From the NCBI GenBank assembly GCA_016191385.1, contig JACPOT010000011.1, positions 7,351 through 71,350 of the forward strand: a stretch of 64,000 bases of DNA. Direction: 5' to 3'. Shown here in pieces: positions 9,531 to 19,303 of the stretch (positions are counted from its first letter, which is position 1; every line of letters begins with the position of its first letter). Below the pieces are notes generated by a model that saw nothing but the letters and a program-made list of their open reading frames with translations, had not been told where the DNA came from and did no database searches. The translations under genes and the position numbers were made by a program. The DNA is from Chloroflexota bacterium. Its GTDB lineage: Bacteria > Chloroflexota > Limnocylindria > P2-11E.

Positions 9531-9602
9531 TACCCCCAGGGCGAATCGAACGCCCGTCTACGGCTTCGGAGGCCGTCGCTCTATCCGCTGAGCTATGGGG
9601 GC
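9531..9602 (-). tRNA. tRNA-Arg (anticodon CCG)
   Basis: Reverse complement folds as acceptor GCCCCCA/TGGGGGT, D-arm GCTC-AGCGGATA-GAGC, anticodon arm ACGGC-CTCCGAA-GCCGT, T-arm GGGCG-TTCGATT-CGCCC. CCA is not encoded. Confidence 0.8.
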
Positions 9603-9618
9603 TCGGGATGACCATTCT

Positions 9619-10356
9619 ATGGAGGCGACCGTGACCTCCGAACGCGACCGCGAGCTCTCGCTCGTCGAGCATCTCGAAGAGCTGCGCAAGCGGCTGTACG
9701 TCGCGGCGGTCGGAGTCCTGGTCACCACGGTCTTCGCGTTCCTGTTCTCGACGGATCTCGTGCGGTTCCTCCTCGTGCCGTCGGGTGTCGATCGCTGCAT
9801 CGCCCTCAGCCCGACGGAGAACTTCACGACGTTCATGCAGGTCTCGCTCTTCGCGGGCATCGCCCTCGCCATGCCCCTGATCCTCTACGAGATCTACTCG
9901 TACATCGACCCCGCGCTCATGCCGCACGAGCGCCGCTTCGCGCTGATCACCGGCCCATTCGTCCTGGCGCTGTTCGTCGGCGGCATGGCCTTCTGCTACT
10001 ACCTGCTGCTGCCGAACTCGCTGAAGTTCCTCCTGAACTTCGGCAGCGCCGTCATCGAGAACCAGCTCCGGTGCGCCGAGTACCTCTCGTTCGTCACCAC
10101 GTTCGTGCTCGGCGTCGGCATCATCTTCGAGATGCCCGCGATCATCGTCGCGCTCATCCGCGTGGGTGTGATCCCGCGGCAGCGGCTGGCCTCCGCCCGC
10201 CGCTATGTCTTCCTCGGCACGTTCCTCCTCGGCGCGCTCATCACGCCGACGCCGGACCCGTTCAACCAGTCCCTGGTCGCTCTCCCGATGTACCTCCTGT
10301 TCGAGCTCGGGATGCTGATCTCACGCTTCGTCGGAGGTCCGCGAGTCGCCGCTTGA
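9619..10356 (+). CDS. tatC: Sec-independent protein translocase TatC
   Basis: Six-TM TatC signature LVEHLEELRKRL...FLLVP. Start taken at the internal Met (the ORF-track start at 9595 lies inside the tRNA). Confidence 0.9.
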   Translation: MEATVTSERDRELSLVEHLEELRKRLYVAAVGVLVTTVFAFLFSTDLVRFLLVPSGVDRCIALSPTENFTTFMQVSLFAGIALAMPLILYEIYSYIDPALMPHERRFALITGPFVLALFVGGMAFCYYLLLPNSLKFLLNFGSAVIENQLRCAEYLSFVTTFVLGVGIIFEMPAIIVALIRVGVIPRQRLASARRYVFLGTFLLGALITPTPDPFNQSLVALPMYLLFELGMLISRFVGGPRVAA

Positions 10357-11598
10357 GCGCGGCCTCCGCGCCCATGTCCGTCGGCACGTAGTAATCGCGG
10401 CCTTCGAGCGACGGCGGGAGGAACACCTCCTCCGGATCGAAGTGCTCGGGGCGGTCGTGCGCGTAGCGGTAGTCCTTGCCGTAGCCGAGCTGCCGCATGA
10501 GGCCGGTCACCGCGTTGCGCAGGTGAAGCGGCACGGGATCGGCGCGCGTCCCTTCGATGTCATCGGCGAGACGCCGGCGCGCGGTCTTGAGGGAGTCGGA
10601 TTTGGGCGCGAGCGCGAGGTACACCGTCGCTTCGGCCAGCGGGAAATACCCCTCGGGCAGGCCGATGAGGTGGACCGCCTGCTGGGCGGCGGTGGCGACG
10701 ACGAGCGCCTGCGGATCCGCGAGACCGACATCCTCCGCGGCGAGGATGACGAGCCGCCGCGCGATGAACATCGCGTCCTCGCCCGCGTCGATCATGCGCA
10801 CCAGCCAGTACAGCCCGGCATCCGGGTCCGAGCCGCGGACGCTCTTGATGAATGCGCTGATGGTGTCGTAGTGCTCGTCGCCCGCGCGGTCGTACAGGAG
10901 CGTGCGCCGCTGCAGCGCATCGCGGACGGCATCGAGCCCGACCGCGCGCACCCCGCCGGCCGCTGCCGTGGCGTCCGCGGCGAGCTCGAGGGCGTTCAGC
11001 GCGACGCGCGCGTCGCCGTTCGCGACGTTCACGAGCGCGTCCTCGGCGTCAGCCGCGAGCGTCACTTTCCCTCCGAGACCTCGTTCGTCGGCCACCGCGC
11101 GGCGCACGATCGCGCGCACGTGCCCGTCCTCGAGCGGCTTGAGGGTGTAGACGCGGCTGCGAGAGAGCAGGGCGTTGATGACCTCGAACGAGGGGTTCTC
11201 CGTCGTCGCGCCGATGAGCACGATGTCGCCTTCTTCGACGTGCGGGAGCACGACGTCCTGCTGCGCCTTGTTGAAGCGGTGGATCTCGTCGATGAAGAGC
11301 ACGGTGCGCTCGCCATTCAGCGAACGGACCTTCGTGGCGTCGGCGATCACGCGGCGCAGGTCGGCGACGCCCGCGGACACGGCCGAGAGCGGAACGAAGC
11401 GAGCATGCGCCTGGCGGGCCGCGATCGCCGCGAGGGTCGTCTTGCCCGTGCCCGGCGGGCCCCACAGGATGAATGAGGGCAGCTGGCCCGCTTCGATGGC
11501 GCGACGCAGCACGCGGCCCTCGCCGACGATGTGCTCCTGCCCCACGAACTCGCTGAGATCGCGCGGCCGCATGCGCGCGGCGAGCGGCTTGTCAGGCA
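10262..11598 (-). CDS. rarA: Replication-associated recombination protein A (AAA ATPase RarA/MgsA)
   Basis: PLAARMRP...VGQEH...ILWGPPGTGKTTLA...LFIDEIHRFNK...GATTENPSF aligns with E. coli RarA. GTG start inferred next to AT-rich catatataaaagttgaat. The upstream part of the track ORF is rejected. Confidence 0.9.
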
Positions 11599-11626
11599 CG
11601 GTCGAAGCATATATAAAAGTTGAATT

Positions 11627-11938
11627 GTGGGGAGCATGCTGAGCGAGGCGTCGCTGCGCGAGCTTCGCTATTACTACCGAGCCCTTGGCGATGCGACGCG
11701 CATGCGGATCGTCCAGCTCCTCGCGACCGAAGGCGAGCAGATGGTCTCGGAGATCGCGCGCCGCGTCCGCGTGAGCCAGCCGCTCCTGACGTGGCACCTG
11801 CATCGCCTCAAGCGCGCCGGGATCGTGCGCACCCTGCGAGTCGGCCGCGAGGTCCGCTGCTCGTTCGACCGCGAGCGATTCGTCGAGCTGGGGGAGCGAG
11901 GGGCGCGAACGCTCATGAACAGGTCGTGGGCGCGATGA
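11627..11938 (+). CDS. ArsR/SmtB-family transcriptional regulator
   Basis: Winged [46 protein letters not shown]. Stop overlaps the next start (ATGA). Confidence 0.75.
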   Translation: MGSMLSEASLRELRYYYRALGDATRMRIVQLLATEGEQMVSEIARRVRVSQPLLTWHLHRLKRAGIVRTLRVGREVRCSFDRERFVELGERGARTLMNRSWAR

Positions 11939-12558
11939 CGGCGTCGCACGGCGTCGTCCCCGACCGCGCAGCGCGTGCCGCCCGCGGCGGGCTCGCTCCC
12001 TTCGCCCGCGCGCTGCATCGGATCGGCGTGACCGCCAATGCCGTGACCGCGCTCGGGGTCCTTCTCACTCTGGCCGGTGCGTGGCTCGTCGCTACCGAGC
12101 AGCCCCTCGCGGCGCTCGCCGTGCTCATCGTGGGCTCGCTCGCCGACACGCTCGACGGCGCGATCGCGCGAGCGTCGGGAGGCGGAACGCGGCTCGGGGC
12201 GTTCCTCGACTCCAGCGCCGACCGCGTCGCCGACGCCGCCCTCTTCGCCGCGGCCGCATGGCTCGGCGCGACGCGCGCCGACGCCGTCCTGTTCTGGGCC
12301 GCGATGGCCGCGATGGTCGCGTCGTTCCTCGTTCCGTACGTGCGCGCGAAGGCCGAGTCGCTCGGCATCTCGGCCACGGTCGGACCGGCCCCGCGCGAGG
12401 CGCGGCTGGTGATCCTTCTCATCGGTCTTGCGGGGTGGGCCGGACTGGGCTCGCCCGTGGCGTTCACGGCGGCCGTCGCCGCCGTCGCGATCCTCGGATC
12501 CATCACGCTCCTGCAGCGCGTCGTGGCCGTCGCCCGCGCGCTCGGCATGAGCAGATAA
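11935..12558 (+). CDS. CDP-alcohol phosphatidyltransferase (phosphatidylinositol-phosphate synthase-like)
   Basis: Motif [30 protein letters not shown], i.e. D-G-x2-A-R-x8-G-x3-D-x3-D. Multi-TM. Context with ino1 and PimA-like GT. Only the C-terminal 207 aa of track ORF 11620..12558 are taken. Confidence 0.8.
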   Translation: MTASHGVVPDRAARAARGGLAPFARALHRIGVTANAVTALGVLLTLAGAWLVATEQPLAALAVLIVGSLADTLDGAIARASGGGTRLGAFLDSSADRVADAALFAAAAWLGATRADAVLFWAAMAAMVASFLVPYVRAKAESLGISATVGPAPREARLVILLIGLAGWAGLGSPVAFTAAVAAVAILGSITLLQRVVAVARALGMSR

Positions 12559-12572
12559 AGGGGAGCACGGAC

Positions 12573-13826
12573 ATGGCACGCACCAACGGGAGCAACCGGA
12601 AGAACGGGTCGCAGCGCAACGGGAGGCGCGAGCGAGGATCCGGCTCCGCCGGTCCGAGCGAGTTCCACCGCGTAGCGGGGCCGCGAAGCGAGCCGAAGGC
12701 GAGCCGACGGCCGTTGAGAAAGATACGGGTGGCTGTTGTCGGCGTCGGCAATTGCGCGAGCTCGCTCGTGCAGGGCGTCCACTACTACCGCAACGCCAAG
12801 GTCGGGGACCGCATCCCCGGGCTCATGCACGTCGATCTCGGCGGCTATCACATCAAGGACATCGAGTTCGTCGCGGCGTTCGACGTCGACAAGAACAAGG
12901 TCGGCAAGGACCTCGCCGACGCGATCTACTCGCCGCCCAACAACACCTACCGCTTCGCCGACGTGCCCAAGACCGGCGTGAAGGTCCACCGCGGGATGAC
13001 GCACGACGGCATCGGGAAGTATCTCGCCGAGGTCGTCCAGAAGGCCCCGGGGCCGACCGACGACATCGTCGGCATCCTCAAGGACACCAAGGCCGACGTC
13101 GTCATCAGCTACCTGCCCGTCGGCAGCGAGGAAGCCACGAAGTGGTACGTCGAGCAGGTGCTCGACGCGGGATGCGCGTTCATCAACTGCATCCCGGTAT
13201 TCATCGGTCGCGAGCCCTACTGGCAGCGCCGGTTCGCGGAGCGCGGCGTGCCGATCATCGGCGACGACATCAAGTCGCAGGTGGGCGCCACCATCACCCA
13301 CCGCGTGCTCACGAACCTCTTCAACGACCGCGGCGTGCGCCTCGACCGCACCTATCAGCTGAACTTCGGAGGCAACACCGACTTCCTCAACATGCTCGAG
13401 CGCGAGCGGCTCGAGTCAAAGAAGATCAGCAAGACGAACGCGGTCACCAGCATGCTCCCCTACGAGCTGCCCAAAGGCGACGTGCACGTCGGGCCGTCCG
13501 ACCACGTGCCGTGGCTGCTCGACCGCAAGTGGTGCTACATCCGGATGGAGGGCACGACCTTCGGCGACGTTCCGCTGAACCTGGAGGTCAAGCTCGAGGT
13601 CTGGGACTCGCCCAACAGCGCGGGCGTCGTCATCGACGCGATCCGCTGCGCGAAGCTCGCGCTCGACCGCGGTCTCGCCGGGACGCTCGTCGCGCCGGCG
13701 GCGTACTTCATGAAGTCCCCGCCGCGCCAGATCCACGACGACGTCGCGCGGGAACGCGTCGAGGCCTACATCGCCGGCACCGACCTCGAGGTCCTCACGG
13801 GGGAGAAGGTCGCGGTCCGGGCGTAG
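12573..13826 (+). CDS. ino1: myo-inositol-1-phosphate synthase
   Basis: [20 protein letters not shown]...[11 protein letters not shown]...[17 protein letters not shown]...LESKKISKT...WDSPNSAGV is near-colinear with M. tuberculosis Ino1. Strong SD aaagggga before the ATG. About 50-aa basic N-terminal extension. Confidence 0.9.
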   Translation: MARTNGSNRKNGSQRNGRRERGSGSAGPSEFHRVAGPRSEPKASRRPLRKIRVAVVGVGNCASSLVQGVHYYRNAKVGDRIPGLMHVDLGGYHIKDIEFVAAFDVDKNKVGKDLADAIYSPPNNTYRFADVPKTGVKVHRGMTHDGIGKYLAEVVQKAPGPTDDIVGILKDTKADVVISYLPVGSEEATKWYVEQVLDAGCAFINCIPVFIGREPYWQRRFAERGVPIIGDDIKSQVGATITHRVLTNLFNDRGVRLDRTYQLNFGGNTDFLNMLERERLESKKISKTNAVTSMLPYELPKGDVHVGPSDHVPWLLDRKWCYIRMEGTTFGDVPLNLEVKLEVWDSPNSAGVVIDAIRCAKLALDRGLAGTLVAPAAYFMKSPPRQIHDDVARERVEAYIAGTDLEVLTGEKVAVRA

Positions 13827-13828
13827 CG

Positions 13829-14740
13829 ATGCTCCGCCGATCCGCGCACGGCCTGGCGTACTGGGTGTGGCGCCTCGGGGCGGCGCTCGCCCAGAGGCTG
13901 CCGCAGTGGGCGCTCTACCCGGTCGCCGTGACGCTGGGCGAGGCCGCGTATCTCGTCTGGGGTCGCCGGCGGCGGATCGCGAAGGACAACTTCGCGCGCG
14001 TCCTCGGCCGCAGCGCCGGAGATCGTGAGGTCGCGCGCGTCGCGCGCCGCTCCTTCCGCAACTTCGCGAAGTACGTCGTCGAGATCATGCGGTTCCCGAC
14101 GCTGCGGACCGAGGATCTCGCGCGGCTCGTCACCATCGAGGGCTGGGAGCACCTGCGCACGGCGATCGACCGCGGGCGCGGCCTGATCTTCGTCTCCATT
14201 CATTTCGGGAACTTCGAGGTCGGCGGCGCCCGCATCGCCGACGAGATCCCCTTGAACGTCATCGCCGACGACCTCGACAACCAGCGCCTCATGGACTTCC
14301 TCGTCGGCAACCGCGCGCACAAGAACATCAACATCCACACGCCCGTGGGCGCCGCGCGCAAGGTGCTGCAGGCCCTCCGGCGCAACGAGATGGTCGGGCT
14401 GATGATGGATCTCGGCCCGCGGGCCCTGGCCTTCGACACGGTCCGCACGACCTTCTTCGGCGAGCCCACGAGCTTCCCGCGCGTCGCCGCGGACCTGGCG
14501 CGCGTCTCGGGCGCACCCATCGTGGTCGCCGCCGTGGTCCGCGAGCCGAACAACACCTTCCGCGGGATCGCGCTGCCGCCGATCTTCGTCGAACGCAACG
14601 GCTCGAGCGCTCAGGAGATCGCGCGCGTCACCGATGCCATCGCGCGCGGCCTCGAGCACTTCGTCAGCCGCTGGCCGGACCAGTGGTACATCTTCCGACC
14701 CATGTGGCCGGCAGAGGCGGTCGGGGCGGTCACGACGTGA
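13829..14740 (+). CDS. Lysophospholipid acyltransferase (HtrB/LpxL-like; PIM acyltransferase-like)
   Basis: LPLAT family layout: N-terminal TM, HFGNFE (HxxxxD-like) region, and position after ino1 in the operon. Confidence 0.75.
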   Translation: MLRRSAHGLAYWVWRLGAALAQRLPQWALYPVAVTLGEAAYLVWGRRRRIAKDNFARVLGRSAGDREVARVARRSFRNFAKYVVEIMRFPTLRTEDLARLVTIEGWEHLRTAIDRGRGLIFVSIHFGNFEVGGARIADEIPLNVIADDLDNQRLMDFLVGNRAHKNINIHTPVGAARKVLQALRRNEMVGLMMDLGPRALAFDTVRTTFFGEPTSFPRVAADLARVSGAPIVVAAVVREPNNTFRGIALPPIFVERNGSSAQEIARVTDAIARGLEHFVSRWPDQWYIFRPMWPAEAVGAVTT

Positions 14741-15567
14741 TCGCGGCCGCGCTCTCGCGCGCGGCCGAGCGCGCGGTCCCGGCGCTGCCCGACATCCTCG
14801 ATGTCCCCGTGAGCGAGATCGTCGGCACCCTCGGCTGGGCGGCCGCGCCGGCGCGCCGCGCCGCGGTCGAGGCCAATCTCTCGGTCATCGCCCCCGGACG
14901 CCGCCTCGCGCGGGAGGTCTTCGTGTGCCAGGCCCGGCACTACGTGGAGACGTTCCGGATCCTCCGGCTCGCCCCGGTGACGCTGATCGAGATGGTCCGG
15001 CTCGACGGGTGGGGCCACCTCCAGGCGGCCCTTGCGCGGGGGAAGGGCGTGATGCTCGCGAGCGCCCACCTCGGACCGGTCGTGCTCTGCGGCCAGGTGC
15101 TGGCGGCGCGAGGGCTCGACGTGTCCGTGACGGTCGAGGCGAAGACGGGCGACATCGGCCGCGTCATCGACCGCGCGCGCGGGTCCATGGGCATCAAGAC
15201 GATCGACATCCGCTCACCCATGGCCATCGGGCGTGTGCTGCGGCGCGGCGCGATCCTCGGATCCCTGGCCGACCGCCCGGTCAGCGGCGTCGGCGAGCGG
15301 GTCACGTTCTTCGGCCGCGAGGCGCTGCTGCCGTCGGCGCACGTGGCCCTCGCGCTCCACACCGGCGCCGCGCTCCTGCCCGCGTTCGCGCTGCGCGAGG
15401 GCGGCCAGCTGCACGCCGTCATGGGTCCCGAGCTGGACCTCGTACGGACCGGCGACCGCGACGCCGACCTGCGCGACGGCGTCCAGCGCTGGGCCGCGAT
15501 CCTCGAGCAGTGGGTCGCGCGCGCCCCCGAGCAGTGGTCGGTGTTCGACCGGGTGTGGGACCGATGA
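14737..15567 (+). CDS. Second lysophospholipid acyltransferase paralogue (HtrB-like)
   Basis: Same family (SAHLGPVV..., C-terminal QWSVFDRVW versus DQWYIFRPMW in the upstream paralogue). GTG start overlaps the upstream stop (GTGA). Confidence 0.7.
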   Translation: MIAAALSRAAERAVPALPDILDVPVSEIVGTLGWAAAPARRAAVEANLSVIAPGRRLAREVFVCQARHYVETFRILRLAPVTLIEMVRLDGWGHLQAALARGKGVMLASAHLGPVVLCGQVLAARGLDVSVTVEAKTGDIGRVIDRARGSMGIKTIDIRSPMAIGRVLRRGAILGSLADRPVSGVGERVTFFGREALLPSAHVALALHTGAALLPAFALREGGQLHAVMGPELDLVRTGDRDADLRDGVQRWAAILEQWVARAPEQWSVFDRVWDR

Positions 15568-16382
15568 GCCGGGCGGACCTGCAGCTGCACTCGGATCTCG
15601 GCGACGGACTGTCGTCCCCCGACGAGATCCTCGCCGCGGCCGAGCGCTGCGGCCTCGATGTGATCGCGCTCACGGACCACGACGACATCCGCGGGTCCTT
15701 CCAGCTGCGCGATAGCGCGGCCCGGCAGGGCAGCCGCGTCAGGGTCATCACCGGCGCCGAGGTCACGACGCGGTCGGGCCACCTCCTCGCCCTCTTCATC
15801 GAGGACGAGGTCGCCATGCTGCGACCGCTGGCCGAGACCATCGAGGCGATCCACCGGCTCGGCGGGATCGCGGTCGTGCCGCACCCGCTCTCCTACCTCA
15901 CGTTCTCCCTCGGCGAGCGCGCCTTGCGCGACATCGCCGCGAGCGGCGTGTCCGTGGACGGCATCGAGCTGCGCAACCCTTCGTACGCGGGCCGCGTGCG
16001 CGCGCATCGGGCGACGTGGCTCAACGCGCATGTCCTGCGCGTCGCGGAGACCGGATCGAGCGATGCGCACCACGCGGCGCTGGTCGGGACGGCGTGGACC
16101 GAGTTCCCCGGGACGACGGCGGAGGATCTGCGGGCAGCCATCCTCGCGCGTACCACGTCGCCGGGCGGACGCGCCTGGACCCTGCGCGAGCATCTCGACG
16201 GCGCGGTGCGCCAGCAGTGGCGCTCGATGGTGCGCGACCCCGCGAAGCGGGTCTGGCGCAGCTACGTCAAGGGCGCGGTCCGTCCCCCCGGCGCGCAGAC
16301 CGAGGCGGCGCACCGACGAGGTCGAGCACCGGGGCCTGAGCGAGGGGTCCCCCCGAGCGAAGGGTCAAGGGGATCCCGATGA
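15564..16382 (+). CDS. PHP-domain metal-dependent phosphoesterase
   Basis: LQLHSDLGDGLSSPDEILAAAERCGLDVIALTDHDDIRG...VVPHP...TGSSDAHH are PHP (polymerase/histidinol phosphatase) motifs. ATGA overlaps at both ends. Confidence 0.75.
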   Translation: MSRADLQLHSDLGDGLSSPDEILAAAERCGLDVIALTDHDDIRGSFQLRDSAARQGSRVRVITGAEVTTRSGHLLALFIEDEVAMLRPLAETIEAIHRLGGIAVVPHPLSYLTFSLGERALRDIAASGVSVDGIELRNPSYAGRVRAHRATWLNAHVLRVAETGSSDAHHAALVGTAWTEFPGTTAEDLRAAILARTTSPGGRAWTLREHLDGAVRQQWRSMVRDPAKRVWRSYVKGAVRPPGAQTEAAHRRGRAPGPERGVPPSEGSRGSR

Positions 16383-17491
16383 AGATCGGGATCGTCTCGC
16401 CCTACGCGTTCCCGCGGCCGGGCGGCGCGAACGAGCACATCCGCGAGACCTACGAGCAGCTGCGGCTGCTCGGTCACGAGGTGCGGATCATCACCGCGCC
16501 GTGGGGCGACGACCCGGCGGCGCAGGACGTGATCCGCATCGGCCGCGCGATCGCCGTCCCCTACAACGGCAGCGTCGGGCGTATCACGCTGTCCCTGCGG
16601 CTCGACTACCTGGTGAACCGGATGCTCAAGAAGGAGCGCTTCGACGTCATCCACCACCACGAGCCGCTCGTGCCCTTCCTGTCGCCGCAGATCCTCGACA
16701 ACTCGAGCTGCCCGCAGGTCGCGACGTTCCACGCCTTCGGCGGGTTCTCGCTGTCGTACTGGCTCGGCCGGCCTGTGGCGGAGCGGTACATGCGGAAGCT
16801 CGACGCGCGCATCGCGGTCTCGAGCGCCGCGAAACACTTCGTCTCCACGTACTTCCCGGGCGACTACCGGATCATCCCGAACGGCGTCGACGTCGACTTC
16901 TACGCCTCCGCGCGGCCGCTGCCGGAGTTCCGCGACGGCAAGATCAACATCCTCTTCGTCGGGCGGCTCGAGCCGCGGAAGGGTGCGACCTACCTGCTCG
17001 CTGCCTACGAGGGGCTGAAGCGGACCTACCCCGAGACGCGGCTCATCATCGCCGGCCGCGGCCCCATCCAAGCGCAGCTGCGCCGCACCGTCGCGCGGCG
17101 TCAGATCGGGGACGTCTTCTTCGCGGACCGGGTCAGCGACGTCGAGAAGTCGCGCCTTTACAAGACCGCCGACATCTTCTGCGCGCCCTCGACCGGGCGC
17201 GAATCCTTCGGGATCGTGCTCCTCGAGGCCATGGCCGCGGGGCGCGCGATCGTGGCGTCGGACATCCACGGATACAAGAAGGTCGTACAGAGGAATGTGA
17301 CCGGCCTCCTGGTCGAGCCGAAGGACCCGGACGCCCTGTGCCGCGCGATGGCGCAGCTCATCGCGGATCCCGCGCTGCGGGAAGAGCTGGGTCGGGCGGG
17401 GGCGCAGCGGGCCCGCGATTTCGACTGGGCCCACGTCACGCGACAGCTCGTCGAGGTGTACGAGGAGGTGCTGGAACGCCGTCGCGCCTAA
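16379..17491 (+). CDS. GT4-family glycosyltransferase (PimA-like mannosyltransferase)
   Basis: GT-B GT4 signature: N-terminal MKIGIVSPYAFP...GG, C-terminal EX7E region ESFGIVLLEAMAAGRAIVASDIHGY. Operon context with PI synthesis genes. Confidence 0.85.
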   Translation: MKIGIVSPYAFPRPGGANEHIRETYEQLRLLGHEVRIITAPWGDDPAAQDVIRIGRAIAVPYNGSVGRITLSLRLDYLVNRMLKKERFDVIHHHEPLVPFLSPQILDNSSCPQVATFHAFGGFSLSYWLGRPVAERYMRKLDARIAVSSAAKHFVSTYFPGDYRIIPNGVDVDFYASARPLPEFRDGKINILFVGRLEPRKGATYLLAAYEGLKRTYPETRLIIAGRGPIQAQLRRTVARRQIGDVFFADRVSDVEKSRLYKTADIFCAPSTGRESFGIVLLEAMAAGRAIVASDIHGYKKVVQRNVTGLLVEPKDPDALCRAMAQLIADPALREELGRAGAQRARDFDWAHVTRQLVEVYEEVLERRRA

Positions 17492-17547
17492 GCGTAGGGT
17501 GGCGCCATCTCGCGGGCGCGGCAGTGCCGCGCGGGGAGGGATAGACC

Positions 17548-19209
17548 GTGATACGACGCGCGCTGATCCCATGTTTCATGATCGGAGCTCTCGTCCTTGC
17601 GGCATGCGCGCCGAGCGGACCGAGCACCTCGTCTCCGGCGGCATCAGCGGCCGGGACCGCGGCGGCGACCGCCGCTGGCGAGCAGCCCAAGCCCGGCGGA
17701 GAGCTCACCTACATCGTCACCGCTGAGCCTCCGACCTTCGACGCGCACCAGTCGACGACCTTCGCGACGCTACAGCCGATCTCACCGCACTACAGCACCC
17801 TCTACAAGCTCGACCCGGCCGACAACGTGAGCAAGATCATCCCCGACGCGGCCGATGGGCTTCCGACGATCTCGGCCGACAAGCTCACGTGGACGGTGAA
17901 GATCCGGAGCGGCATCAAGTTCCACGACGGCAGCGTCCTCACCGCCGAGGACGTGAAGGCGACCTACGACAAGCTCAAGAACCCGCCCACGGGCGTGACC
18001 AGCCCGCGGCAGGCGACCCTCGCGGCCGTCGACACCTTCACCGCGACGGACCCCACCACCTTCACCATCAAGCTCAAGTACCCGTCGGGCTCGCTCCTGG
18101 CGGCGATGGCCTCGCCGTGGAACTACCTCTACAGCGCGGCGAAGCTGAAGGCCGACCCGAAGTTCTACGAGAAGAACATCATGGGCACCGGCCCCTTCAC
18201 GTTCGTCGAGTACGTCAAGGGCTCCTACTGGGCGGGCAAGAAGTTCGCCGACTACTTCGACAAGCCCAAGCCCTACCTCGACAGCTACAAGGCGTTCTTC
18301 ATCACGGACGTGAACCGGCAGACCACCGCCATCCAGAGCAAGCAGGCCATGATCGAGTTCCGCGGGTTCACGCCGCAGCAGCGCGACACGCTCTCGCGCG
18401 CGCTCCCGAACGACCTCGCGGTGCAGGAGGCGGCGTGGGTCTGCGTCAACTACATCTCGTTCAACACCAAGAAGAAGCCCTTCGATGACGTCCGCGTGCG
18501 CCAGGCGCTGAACATCGCGATCGATCGATGGGCCGGCGGCGAGGCGCTGTCGAAGCAGACGATCGTGAAGGACGTCGGAGGCCTCATGCGGCCGAAGGGT
18601 CCCTTCGCCATGTCTGACGCGGACCTGGAGAAGGTCCCCGGGTACTCGCGCGACAACAAGAAGGCGGTCGAGGACGCGAAGAAGCTGCTCGCCGACGCCG
18701 GCGTGCCGACCCTCACATTCCAGTTCCTCAACCGCAACGTGACGACGCCGTACGAGCCGGTCGCGCTCTTCCTCCTCAACGAATGGAAGAAGATCGGCGT
18801 CACCGCGACGCACCTGGTCAAGGAGACCGCCGCGTACCAGGCCGACATGCGCAACGGGAACTTCGACGTCGGCCTCGACTTCAACTGCGACTACTTCGAC
18901 GAGCCCGACCTGCAGCTGGCCAAGATGTATTCGGCCAGCGGCCTCGGGAAGGGCCTCAACTTCTCGTTCTACGACGACCCGAAGCTCGACGACATGATCG
19001 CCGCGCAGAGCAAGGAGACCGACGCCGCCAAGCGGAAGGCGCTGGTCAACGACATCGAGCGCTACGTCATCGGCGAGAAGGCCTGGATGGTCCCGGTGAT
19101 CTGGTGGTACCGGATCATCCCGTACCTCAACATCGTCCGCGGCTACCGCATCGGATCGAACCACTACACGACCATGGACATGGCGAACATCTGGCTCGCG
19201 ACCAAATAG
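17548..19209 (+). CDS. ABC transporter substrate-binding lipoprotein, family 5 (DppA/OppA-like)
   Basis: Lipoprotein signal LVLAAC, typical family-5 SBP length and motifs. Confidence 0.9.
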   Translation: MIRRALIPCFMIGALVLAACAPSGPSTSSPAASAAGTAAATAAGEQPKPGGELTYIVTAEPPTFDAHQSTTFATLQPISPHYSTLYKLDPADNVSKIIPDAADGLPTISADKLTWTVKIRSGIKFHDGSVLTAEDVKATYDKLKNPPTGVTSPRQATLAAVDTFTATDPTTFTIKLKYPSGSLLAAMASPWNYLYSAAKLKADPKFYEKNIMGTGPFTFVEYVKGSYWAGKKFADYFDKPKPYLDSYKAFFITDVNRQTTAIQSKQAMIEFRGFTPQQRDTLSRALPNDLAVQEAAWVCVNYISFNTKKKPFDDVRVRQALNIAIDRWAGGEALSKQTIVKDVGGLMRPKGPFAMSDADLEKVPGYSRDNKKAVEDAKKLLADAGVPTLTFQFLNRNVTTPYEPVALFLLNEWKKIGVTATHLVKETAAYQADMRNGNFDVGLDFNCDYFDEPDLQLAKMYSASGLGKGLNFSFYDDPKLDDMIAAQSKETDAAKRKALVNDIERYVIGEKAWMVPVIWWYRIIPYLNIVRGYRIGSNHYTTMDMANIWLATK

Positions 19210-19303
19210 AAGAGAACTAACGGCAGGGACCGTCCTGCTGTGGGGCGCTACTGCGGAGCCGCAGGCGCAGCAGCAGGACGGTCAGGCGTAGCGTGAGCTA
19301 CGC

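Noticed and set aside
9368-9634. 88-aa + ORF spanning the tRNA-Arg gene.
   Set aside because: Overlaps a well-folding tRNA on the opposite strand. Composition is low complexity.
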